DNA of 49,223 nt, taken from Paramecium tetraurelia (Eukaryota). Positions 25,084 to 38,060 of this stretch are shown one piece after another. Under the pieces are notes generated by a model. That model was not told the origin of the DNA, made no database searches, and saw nothing but the letters and a program-made list of their open reading frames with translations. The position numbers and the translations under genes are program-made. The stretch spans positions 496,001 to 545,223 of the forward strand of contig CT868174.1 in NCBI GenBank assembly GCA_000165425.1, read 5' to 3'. The first letter of the stretch is position 1; each line of letters begins with the position of its first letter.

Positions 25084-25653
25084 TTTAATTAATCTATATA
25101 TAATATTTATATATCTTATATAAATAGGATATATTATAATTGCAATTGCTAAAGTAAGTAGAAACGAGTTATTAATTATATTTTATAAATGTTTAGTTAA
25201 ATTATATAATGTTGAATTATGTGTACAAAAAAGAGATAATTCTGAGAGTTTAGCGAGTAGAGAGCCATTAAAACAAAAGTTTGAAAAGGGGAAACCATAA
25301 TTATAAGAAAAAGAGAGGTAACAGAAAATTTTGAATTTTCTTGAATTTGTCTATTTTATCAGTTTTTTCTTCGTATGTAACATTTTTTGATCTTAATCTT
25401 ATGGGTTTCTTGTTAACTTGATTTTTAAAAAACTTTGGATGGAATTAGGTATGACTTAGTTTTTAGTCCTATTGTTATGTGTTTGGTATAAAAATAAATG
25501 GTTTCTTATTTAAATTTAATTTTGATCACTTATTTTCATAGATTGGAGGTATTCTTTAATGAAAATGCAATAATTAAATGAAATTGTTCAGAGAGGGGTA
25601 CAGATTGTAATTTATAAGTGCGTATTGACTTAACAACTTAATAATAAATATTT

Positions 25654-28600
25654 ATGAGTAAAATTTTGAAATAAATGTTGTGGTTAGTTTCGATGATGAG
25701 TTTTACGGTTAATGGGATAATTGACATGTATAGAAGTTATTTATTTATAGACAATCTCATGTGAAAGGATGTTTGGATGCAAGTTGTACAAAACTCTGTT
25801 TATTGGGAGTTGCTGATTGTAGTAAGACAGTGCCAGTGTGTGAATACGGTTATTTCTTATTCAAGGAGAAATATTGTGTTAAATGGTATGGTTTGTATCA
25901 ACTATTTTAAAAGTCCTGGATTCTCGTCAGATATGCGATTTGATTGCATGGACTGTTTAGAAAACCCGACCTCGTGGGCTGAAAACAGGTAATGCAGTTA
26001 CGGATATGAAATAACAAATGGGGATGCTTTGAGCGGTGTTTTCCAATAATAAAACGATTCCGCATCAAGTTTATATTTTATTGTAGCCTCTAATTAATAA
26101 CCAACTAACCTGGTTGATCGCCAGGTAGATCTACCATATGTAGCACAATTGTGTGAGGGGTGTGACGAGTTTTGCGATGATGATACAGATGAAGCATGTA
26201 ACTTTTTTGAAGATTATAATAACAATGACGTTGACCCTCAAGTTGGAGTTTCTTGCTTAGATGGCTATTACTTTGAGAATGATAATTGTTTAAAATGTAG
26301 TCGCTATTGTATGCAATGCGATGAAAACGAATGTCAATAATGCTTCAAAGGCTATCTATTGAAGGAGGGTGGCACTTGTTTGGAGTGTCCAATTGGATGT
26401 TTGGATTGCAATTTTGGATTTGATGGCATTACGATAGAATGCTATGAATGTTAACAGGAAGGATTTGGTGAATATTTTTTGCCTAGTTTATTTTTGGCGA
26501 CTTGTGAAACTTGTGAAAGTGGATGTTCAAAATGTGAATATATGACCTATGACGATACTATTTACCCGACATACTTGACTAGAGGTTTGGAGGTACCATT
26601 TGAAGAGGATGTTAATAAATATATTAAGAGATGCAGATAGTGTAGAGGATCAAAATCATTTATTAATGCCAGTGGAAGAAGTTGCTCGAATTGTAACATA
26701 GCAGATTGCAAATAATGTTACTAGGATTTGGGCGGTGGAGTTACAACTTTGGATCCTGATTTCACTCCTAAGGATGGAGACTTTGATATCCTCTGCTATA
26801 TGTGTTCAGTTGGCTATCAGTTGAGTGCAGATAAAAAGAGTTGCACTACTTAAACTGATCCCAATTGTGCAATACTCAATTCCGATGGTACTTGTTAATA
26901 ATGTGCCAATGGGTTAATGTTTGATTCTACTACCACTCCAGGGACATGCACAACCACAAAGTGCAGTTCAAAGATATTGAATTGTGTGGATTGCTTTTCC
27001 TATGATGAACCTGATGCCGATGTAACATATGATGAAAATGGGATTCCAGTCAGATCTTAAAAAAAATAAATATAGTGTACTAAATGCAGTCTCGGTTATT
27101 ATCCTGATTTCTTTAGTGGAAAATGTGTTAGATGCAAATAAAATTGCTAGCAATGTTGGTAGAATACAGATTCATATAACCTTACTTAGATTAATTCCGT
27201 TTATTAAGTCTATTCTTAAACGGCCAAATCATCCTTCCTAAATGAAGATTTAAATGATCCATAATGTACATTATGTTACAATGGTTATGACTTATACAAT
27301 AACGAATGTTAAGGATGTGGTGATGGTTGTCTATTAGAGTAAGTCTCAATGTGTGTTTTCGAATTTGATACTGCTTATTGTTCAAAATGTCCTCCAGGTT
27401 AAAGGTCCTTAGTAAATGATAATAGTGACTGTGCTGACTGTCCACTCTATTGCGAAGGTTGTAGAGAACGAACCCAAAGTGAGATCTACAATATCAACCC
27501 ATTATTCAACCCAAGTAATTCCGATTTTCAAAAGTATTCCAATCTTTGTTACAAAATTATGAAAAATTTTGATGTAACCAAAAACTTATATCTCGACACT
27601 CTCACAAACATGCCCACTGCTTGTAATTATCCAGGCACTTCAAAGAAATGCTACTACACTTCAACTATCAACTTTGAATTAAATTGTGATGATGATGTAA
27701 CTGTCCCCGATGCCTTGGACTTGTCATCAATCTTCAAAGGGAAATCATCAACTGCTACTCTCATATTGAAAGACATTGAAAAATATGAGAACTACTTGTT
27801 ATTGAACAAAAATGCTGTATAGGAAGTCACTCTTCTAATTAATATTCATGGCTCAGAGTGCAAATTCACCAAACCTACTCAATTTAAGACCTAGCTCTAA
27901 TAGAATGTGTTTTCATTATTAAAACTGAATGTACACTTTACCTCCTCTACATCTGCCACCTTCTATTAAATAGGACATATTTCCTTCTCTAATATCAATA
28001 ATTTGAGATTTGAAAATATTAAATTTGCATATAACGATGATATAAAGTCAAAGATTAAAGATTTCGGTATAACTTTAAAAGGCAAATCAAGTGCTTTCAC
28101 ACTAATCAATTCTGAAATCTCAAAGGAAGATTCAATAGTTTAGGGTATGTTCTCCTTCAATTTTACAGGAGTTCAAAAACTTACTTTAGATTAGGTTGAA
28201 TTTTTATACTTGTCACCTATTGATCAATTCCTTAATTAAAATTTCACCTAGGAAAGCACTTACACTTTGTCATTAAATAAAGTCAAATTTACTAGATGTC
28301 GATTCCTGAATAACCAACAATTATTTGATTAGAATCCTGTCAATAATACTAAAATAACCATCAATGATTTCACCCTCTTTAAATCAGAGTTTATTGGAAC
28401 CAATATTTTCGGATCTCTAAATGGACAGACTTATGCAAAATTGGACTTGACTATTACAAATCTTAAGATCCAATTATGTACATTCTTGTAGTCCAGTTTT
28501 ATTATAAGCAATTAATTAATAGCTAGCTCAATTTCAAACGTTGATGTTTACACAAGTTAATTCGTTGGTTCATATATTTTTATGCTGAATCACATAAACT

Positions 28601-31600
28601 TGTAGAACATCTTTGTAGGATCTAGCAAGATTTTGAACAATTCTATCATATTATCAACGTCTCCTATAGTGGATGCTATGGTTGTTCCAAAAAGTGTATT
28701 GTAATAATTTAAGATCAGCAATGTTCACTTTGATTAAAATGAGTGCAACACTATCAACTGCTTGATTTACTTATCAACTCCTATGAACGCATATAATGTC
28801 TAAGCCGATTTAAAAATTGAATCTTTACAGGTAATAAAATCTGCTACCTTAATTTACACATAAGTTATTAGATATATAGATTCTGCCATGTGTGTGTTCA
28901 AACAATTCTAGAATATTAAAATATAGAAAATGAAAACAGTTGATAGCTATGGCTCAATAGTGTTTTATTTTGACCAAATAAAATCCATTGATGTTGATAC
29001 CTTTTAATGTGACTCAGTTCAATCTGAATTCATGACTGTAACTGATGAAAATGGAGATGAAATAGAGGTTAAAAACCCGTACAACAATTTGATTCCCTCT
29101 TCAGATTATTGTGCTGAATAGCTATGGTCGTCAAACAATTATAACTTTTATTGTCTCTATGTTAATGAATATTCCCATGGGGTGAAAATGAACAACATCA
29201 TAATAAGCAATCTGCTGTTGTTAGACTTTAATGCTATAGTCATACAATCCTATGACATTCTAAAAATGAAGACCAACAGAGTCAAGGACAATTTATAACA
29301 ATTTTACTCTAACTATGAGAAAGAGGTCATCATAATCACAAATATCTATGCATTTAACAATACATTACTCGCCTATGATTTGGGATCACAATTGTCTTTA
29401 CTATTAATTAAATCACAATAGGAATAATAAATTATTATAAACAATGCACAATTCGAGAGCAATCACTTGCATAAGTCATCTTTATATCAAATGATGATTA
29501 GTGCTACTGTCTTAGTAGTTCAATCATAATAAGCCATAATGAATATATCCTATGCTACATATGATTATAATCGAGCCACTAAATTTGAATACGGATTAAA
29601 TTATGTTTTAGTAAAATCTCTTAACATGAATAATTGCTGGTTTCGATCAACCAATCAATTTGAAGGAGTTTGGTTCAAGAAGTTAAATGAAAATTAAATG
29701 AATGATACTTTATAAGTTTGGGAATTTTTTTAGGTAAAATCCAAAGGAGCTAATTTGTATTTAGTGACTCAGGAATTGAACATGAAGGATTGCTAATTTA
29801 TTAATAGTTTTGGATTGGATGGTGCAGGAATATACATAGTGACATAAGGGGCTGGCAACTTATTGATAAACAATACAATCTTCAAGAACATCAAGACCAA
29901 TTTAGATTAGAAATACTTGACCCAAGGCGGATGCTTATCAATTGATGCCAAAGCATCAGCGATGTCACTCACCTTATCAAATGTTAACATGGAAGATTGT
30001 GTGAGTAGATCCAAAGGTGGTTGCATTTGGGTGGGCTCATCAAAGAACCAACAATTAATTTAAATTAGTGACAGCAAATTCATCAAATGTCAATCATTGA
30101 CTTCTTAATTCATGGACGTCTAATTCTTTGATGTAGTTAATTAAATAATGTCTATGAACAACTTAAAGATTGAGAACAATAATCTACAAGAATTTTTGTC
30201 TCATGTACCTGATTTATCAGAGACTGAAATTGATCAGTTCAAAACATCTGCCTCTGTTTACACATAAGTAAATGGATAATTGAGGATGAACCACATTTCC
30301 ATATACAACATAGTTAACTAGAACATTATCTATGCTGCCAACTTATACAGAGGATATTTTAATCAGATTTAATTTGTAAATAACACTATCTTTAGTGCTC
30401 CTCTGATGCGCTTTACCTTAAAGGATGAGTTAGGAACTGCCTATTTAGGTTCAATTACATTCTCTAATAATAACTAATTCATTCCTTAAAAAAAGTTTAG
30501 TATATGTACCAACTTATTTTTTGTAATCCCAACAGAAGCCTATGATGAATAAACTTGTGATCTATGGTAAGAGAACATCGCTCTGGTTGATTAAATATTT
30601 TCTGATTCCCTTTTAGTGATCGATGATTTAGAATTGGATGATGAATACTTAGGTATGAATGACAAAACCAAATATGGATGGCAAGAAATAGAAAATGAAT
30701 TGCAACCAACTGCTGACGATCTTCCACTCAATTTTGTATATGATTAGAATGTGAAGGATTGTATATTCTATCAACTGTTCAGTGAAATTTCAAACAGAAC
30801 CTCCGCTTACATCTAAATACTAAATATCAGAGAAGGGAATTAAATTAAAATAGAAGGGCTAGAACTAAGCAACAATGATTGCACTGTCTGTACCTATGGA
30901 TTAGTATAGATTATCCAAGTTGATAGAGCAGTTGATATCATAACTATCAATTATTTGCTTTGCGTTAACAATCATCTCTCTTATTTCGGATGTTTAGCGA
31001 TTACTGAGGATAACCAATTGAAAGATATTCATTTCAATAAACCCTTATATGGAAGGAGATTACTAGCTCAAACCAATGACCAGTATTCGATATAAGTAAA
31101 TAACTCAAGAATTATAAATAATATGGCTGCTGTTGGATCTGGTCTAAGTGTCATTAGTTTGAATATAGTGTTTGATAATTGTGAATTCTCCAATAATATA
31201 GCATCACTAGTTGGGGCTGGAATCTATTACGAATCAATCAATTCGTATATATAGATATTCAATTCTAAATTCAGCTACAATTAAGCTTAGGCTGGATCAG
31301 CCATCTATTTAGAAGGAACATAATTGAGCAATCAAACCAAATGTAAGAACTCATATGTATAAAATATTGGCACATCAACTTATGAGGATCCTGTTGGATT
31401 GAAAATCACAATGAATGATTAGAAAATGCCCACCATTCCATTCTCTAAGTATACAAATGAAGATGGAGATGTTATATCGAGTACCATAGCTATGATAGAT
31501 AAGGTGTCTACAGAAAAAGTGCAATTGTTGAATTATCCTGAAATAACTGATCTCTTGATTGTACCTTCAGGACAAAAGATTGGAAATTACAAGTTTTATT

Positions 31601-34600
31601 TCATTGATACCATGGAACAGATACCTTATGATTGGAATATGAAATTAATATATTTGAATAGATTTGATGAGAAGTTAGCCTAAGAATATTCTTCAGATTC
31701 ATGTTAGATAGATGCAAGAATATAGAACTTCAGTTTCTATGATAATTCCAAAGAATACATGAGTAACTTTACAAATTATGATACTTTGAATTACAATGTG
31801 GAGGATTCCTCTTTTGAACTGGATAGCTTGATAATTACATTTGATCCATACATGCACGAAGATCTATATTTAGAATTGAGATGTATAATAATTGATAATA
31901 TTATTTAGTTTATTGTCCAAGTGTGAAAAAACCTGTTTTGCAAGCTGAATACCCATATAATGTATTGTCCTAAAATAAAAACTATTATTTGTTAGCAAAT
32001 ATTAGAACTTACCCTTGTCAATTGGGGGAAGCTTACTACGACGGAAAATGCGAGGCTTGCGATATTAATTAAAAAAAGTTTAGTGTGGTGCCAAACTCAC
32101 CTTCATGTTAATCAATTAGTTAAGAAAGTATGATTGATGTTACTCCAGTCGGAATCAAACTCAAATAAGGATGGTATAGACCTTACATAGATAATGATCA
32201 ATACGAGTATTGCTTAAATCTTCCTGCTAATTGTAATGGCGGATGGATACCAGGCAATCCTTCATGCTATACTGGTCACATTGGTGCTTTATGTGAAAGT
32301 TGCGATCTATACGCTCTAAATAATGACATTCGATATTCTAATACTGAAAAGTACGTCTGCTCTCCTTGTCAAAATACTAGAGATTCAAGCATAGGAATAT
32401 TAGCAGGAAATACCATTGCAACAGTTGCTTCTATCACCTTATCCGTAAAAGGCACATACGAATTGGTCAATCAGTTTTTGATGGTTAAAAGCTTGGTTTT
32501 AATGGGAGCTAGATTCAACCAGAATGCTAATCAATTGGCCACGCTCATCAAAATGTTGACAAACTATTTCTAGATCATACAAATCGTTAATCAGTTCTAA
32601 TTAGTTTTACCTAAGGGATTAACCAAAACCACAGATGCTGCAGGTAACCCTACGAAATCTAGCTCATTCAGTTTGGATTGTCTACTTGAACCTATGACAG
32701 ACATCAATATGCTCTACTTTAGAATGATTTGGGCTCTGATTATGCCCTGCATCTATTTGATCATATATTTTGTTTAGTACTTCTTTGGAGTCATGATTGG
32801 CAAAATTCCTTACAAAGCTCCAATGATTACCACAGCCTTTATCTATATGTTCATTTTCACACAGCCAACTCTAGTAGGAGGGTTCATCTAATTGGGAAGT
32901 TCAAGAATCGTATCAGGAGTCAATTGGGTTTAAGCAGATGTTGCTTATCGAAGTGATACTGATGAGCATTAACTATGGGTTGCTGCATTCGTTGCACCTA
33001 TGATTGTCATCTGGGTTGCTCTCTTGCCATTGATTTTCCTTTATAGGGTTTACACCTATAGATTCCACTTGAATAATAGACATATTCGTTCGAGATGGGG
33101 ATTCTTTTATAATGAATACGATACCTCAGCCTATTATTGGGAGTTTGTGAAAATCTTTTAGAAAGAATTAATGGTTATCTTTCTCACCTTTTATGAGGAT
33201 TACGTTCTCATCAAGGGGGCATTGGTAATTCTGGTCTTGCTTTACTATTCATGGATCTAAATTAATACTAAGCCTTATGCAAATAATGATCTTAATCATC
33301 TTGATCGTTACTCGACTATCGTATGTATCATCACCTTATTGATTGGTTTATTAATTTACACCTCCCAGGAATATGACACCTAATATCTAATTATTATCAT
33401 GTTTGTTTTATTAGGCATCTTTAACTTGTTATTCTTGATACAAATCATATTTAAGATATTCGAAGGCTACCTGGTCAAACTTTCAGATAAGATCGACCCT
33501 ATTAGAGATTAAATTGTAGCTCGCAAGCCTAATATCATTTATCAATATCCGAGTCTTAGAAAATTCCTAAGGAACAAGCAAAAAACTACTCAAAGAGTTA
33601 ATGAACTTTGGTGTGCTTTGAGGTCTTACACAAAAGAACAAATAAGAAATAAGAGAAACAATTTACCTAAATACGAGCTAATCATCAATGCTCCCTATGA
33701 TTTTGAGGCAGCAAAATTACCCAGAGACGTTGCAGCAGCCATCATTCCAATTATGGATGACTAAATACCAGAATATTTAATAAGTGGAGCAGCTAAGGAA
33801 TTCTTGGAAAAAGCCAATGGATTTGCTGATACTTTTAAAGAAGATCAAAATCAAACTAAATAAGAAAAGAAGGCAGACAATAATAAGGATTAGGGATTTT
33901 TAGGTGGTTTAAAATCATATATGCCTTAATCTGTAAAAGATAAAATCGAGAAAGCAGAAAAAAAGATCGATGATGTTAAGAAAATGAAAGAGCAAACCGA
34001 GAATATTGTAGCCAAAGGAAAATAACTAGGAGGAGTTAAGGATTAGCCTACAAATGAGGAGGAGGCAAAATTAAAATAGAATGAAGATCCACAATAAAAG
34101 TAGAATGAACAAGAGAAAGAGAAAGAGTAGGGAGGAGGAGGATTCTTCGGATCTATCAAATCATTTATGCCCGATAGTGTGAAAGAATAAATTAAGAAGG
34201 CTGAGGAACAATAAAAATAAATTCAAAAAAATATTGATGATGCAAAAAAAATGAAGGAGAAACTTGAATAAGCAGCTTAAAATAAAGACAACCTACTTTA
34301 AAATGGAGTTGATTTCATGCCTGAAGAGATGAAGGCCCAAATGAAGAAGGTTGAGGAAGAAAAAAAGAAATTAGAATAATAATATTAGCAAGCTAAAGAG
34401 ATGGCAGAAAAGGCATAAAATACTGCTAACAATATTCAATAGGGTAATGTCTAGGGATTTTTACCAGGTGACATCTAAAATAAATTAAAAGATTTAGAAG
34501 AATAGAAAAAAACTCTAGAAAATAATTTTCAGTACTAATTGAATACCGAAAAGTCTCCCTTAGATATTGGTAATCAATCATAGCAACTTTTGTTGAATTA

Positions 34601-34691
34601 GGACAGTTAACTTGAAGTCTTTAAAAATGACCCCATGCGTATAACGAATAGCAACTTCTAAAATTTTGGTGATAATCTAAAGAAAAAATGA
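25654..34691 (+). CDS. Giant (~3000 aa) surface protein: signal peptide, furin-like Cys-rich repeats, pectin-lyase-like beta-helix, multi-TM domain and repetitive cytoplasmic tail
   Basis: CxxC repeats 25750-27650; FxxN/GGCI/GAGI beta-helix motifs 28000-31350; TM-domain motifs TNYFQI, SLDCLL, WGFFYNEY..YYWEFV and KPY; introns 25728-25750, 25886-25913 and ~31883-31908; TGA 34689-34691. Confidence 0.85.
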
Positions 34692-34787
34692 AAATATTCT
34701 ATTGATTTAATTTGTTATAATAATTATAAATAATTTATGGTAAATGGAAATGATTTCGTTAACTTTTCCAATAAAAATTAAATTTAC

Positions 34788-36218
34788 TCAAGTTGGTTTA
34801 CTTTTTACAATTAATTCGATTTGATTTGTAGATGAATTGTCATCGATTTCAGCATAAATATTCTTATGATATTATTTTCGATGATATTAGAATAAATATA
34901 ATAAAGGGAGAAAACCTACAATAGATAAAAATAGCATCAATTTATTCATTTATTGATAGTTTTCAAAATTTTCAATTTGCAACATATTAGCTACAACAAA
35001 TGAGAAACTTGTTATTTCTATAGAAGTTAATTGAGAATCATTACCTATATTGATGCAAGCAAACGTTAACCCGAAGCCAGTTCCAACCATATGAGACGGA
35101 ACAATTAATGGTATATGGGGCCACATAACAGCATAATATGTTCCAAAGAATAATCCATTGAGAATACTTCCGATAAGAGGGAATGCAACACATGCTGTAT
35201 CACATTCTGGCATCAAATAAAAGATTGATGTAGTTAATAATTAACAAATACTAGCAATTAACAAAATTTCAATATTCCTTCCTTACTTATCGATATAATG
35301 TCCAATAATTGGACTTAATATTGCTGAAAGATAATAAGGGATGCTAAATAGTATGTTAGCAGTGTTTTAATCAAGTTTATATCTAAATTTTCTTATGAGA
35401 ATTACATATGCTTAAACATTTCTACAGAATTGTAACCAAAAATAAAAAATGCTGCATAACAGGTTACACAACTAATCAATGTTACATAGAATTCAAGACT
35501 AAATTGTTTAATTTATCTAAGATCGACGCTATCTAATTTTTAGTCGGATGCTTGATCTCTCAGATCACTGCATCGATCAATTTAAGTGAGAATAATGATA
35601 ATTAGAAAACTTAGACTTGCTATATAGAGACACATCAACAAACAGGTAGACAAATCATTATTAGAGGATGTATATAGATAAGGATAAATGATGGCAGCTG
35701 CAATAGATCCCAATCTGCAAATACCTGTATCAATTCTATGATAGTTTGTTTGAGTACCCAAATGCAAGAGAGTTTTCCTTCCCTTTAAACCATTTGTTAA
35801 TGTAATAGCTCTCAGCCACAAAACCACTTGATTCAAATAGTCCAAAAATAAATCTACCAATGACCATCATAATGAAACTTTTCAAAATTACTGACATGAA
35901 ACACATCACTTTATTTATATTTCTATCATAAATACGTTAACCCACAATAACTATGGATGAAAAAAAAACATAGGATCGCCTCACTCCAAATGTGTCTATT
36001 ATCAAACCACCAATTAATGACATGATCATATTTGGAAATGATCGAAATGATAATAAATAATTAATTTCTGCCTAGGACACCTCAAAATACAACTTGATCT
36101 GCTCTCCCAATAGCGCTGGATATTCCCCTATTAAGAACTGCACTAATGGATAAACACCAATTAGCAATCAAATAAGCCATCTTAGGTTTGTATCATGCCA
36201 AGAAGTCATTTTTTCCAT
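34788..36218 (-). pseudogene. MFSD1-like major facilitator transporter with a single in-frame TGA at codon 17
   Basis: RWLI*LLIG, FPNMIMSLIGGLIIDTFG, GRFIFG, WFKGKE and GTGFG motifs; four small GT..AG introns; otherwise open to stop 34790-34788. Confidence 0.75.
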
Positions 36219-36327
36219 TATTTAAATTTTATATTATATTACTTTCTTTCATTATTGATTATAAATTATAAAATTCATATCTCCATACTCTCTATTATAT
36301 TTAATATATAAAAATTCAAATATTAAA

Positions 36328-38000
36328 ATGTCTGTCAGAGCCTTATATTAATCACAATAGGATGTGGGTAGAAATATCAAAAGGTAATGAATTACACAAA
36401 TAAATTAGTTCAAAAAAAAAGTACACTTGGAAGTTTAGCATTGATGATAAGGATCATACCATTGAACTGTTTGTATCAGGTTTGTCTGGAAAAAAGAAAG
36501 TTGTGCATAATGGCAAAACCTTAAGAGAAGAGGCATCGTATTTTTATTTTATTTATCTTTTATTTAGGGTTTTAGGAAGCTTTAATTATTCCATGACCAT
36601 TTAAAGTAATTTGTTAACAATCTCAAATAACGGAGATTTATATGACCTCAGGATAAACAATATGCAATTTAGTCATCTTTATCACAATGGTATTTCATTT
36701 TCTGAATTTAGAAAAAACAAAAAAAGAATTTTAATTCGAAGATGGATACAATGAAGGAAACAATTAAGAGGACTATTACTCTAAATTGCCAAAGCCTTCT
36801 AAATAAAACAAACCATTATACAAAGAAGAAGACTAAGGCTATGATTTTGGATTGGTTGATGATATCGAAAGGATGGCTCCTAAGAAAGGATTGGAAGAAT
36901 AAAATGAGTTCAATACTCATTCTAATTATTAACAAAAGTTAAACATACAATTCAAACCCAAAGAAGACCCATATGCTAAATTTAACGACCCAAAACCCTA
37001 ATAAAGACAAACATAATCTTTTTCAAATAAACCCTAGCAACCACAATCATCATTTAATTAATAATAAATTAAAAATGATTTCGGTGATTTTGGCAATTTT
37101 CCAAAACCTCCAACCACAACAGCCAATGACAACGTCTTTGGAAATTTTGGATTCGGATTTAATGACGCCTAATAACAATAAGCCAAGTCCTAATAATAAC
37201 CAACAAATTAATTTTCACAAGATTTTAAACCAAATCCTTTCGGAGACTTTTAACAACCTTCACAATCACATTAACAAACTCAACCCTTTTAACAATAGGC
37301 ACAACCATTTTTCCAATAACCTCCTCAATAATAGGTGATTGAGTAGCCAAAACCAAAACCTCTTCCTCAGGCCAATTTATTAGATTTTGGAGACGATCCA
37401 ATCCAACCTCCATAATAATAGTAATTGCCACCTGTTCAATAACAAAGTTAATAATAATTGCTATACCAACAATAATAAGTTCAATAATAATAACAATTAC
37501 AATAATAATCTTTATATAAAAATCCAGTCAATTAGCCACTTTAATAAAACCTTCAGTATGCTTAAGCTCCTCAACAATAATAATAACAATAACAAAAGGT
37601 TCTACCTTAAGATTTGTTGGATGCTTTTGATGATCCAGAACCTGTAGTACCACAATAAAACTAACAGTAATAGCCTTAATTCAATATAACTTCATTGTAC
37701 TAATAATAAGTAATTTTCAACTTTATTTTAGGCCAATGTACCCATCTAGTCATCGATAGCAACATCATCTCCCCCTTAATAATAATAATATGTAATCATA
37801 TTTTTAGATTAATTTAGAGATAAAGTATGCCCAATCAATATCAGCCTTAATCTTTTAACCATATGCCATAGCAATAATATTAGAATCCATAGGTTTCAAT
37901 TACATAGTTATATAACCAACCATAAGCTTAAGTCAACATGAATGTTCCAGTTTAAATAAACGTAAAAACACAGTCAACTCCGTTTGATGATGTATTTTGA
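36328..38000 (+). CDS. FAIM1-like N-terminal beta domain plus a low-complexity tail with endocytic motifs
   Basis: YTWKFSIDDKDHTIELFVSGLSGKKKVVHNG; three small introns; tail with DFGDF, NPFGDF, LLDF and DLLD; TGA 37998-38000. Confidence 0.65.
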
Positions 38001-38060
38001 AATAATATAAAAGGAAAATGGTTAATTTTATGTATTATAATTATTATTATTGAATGATCA

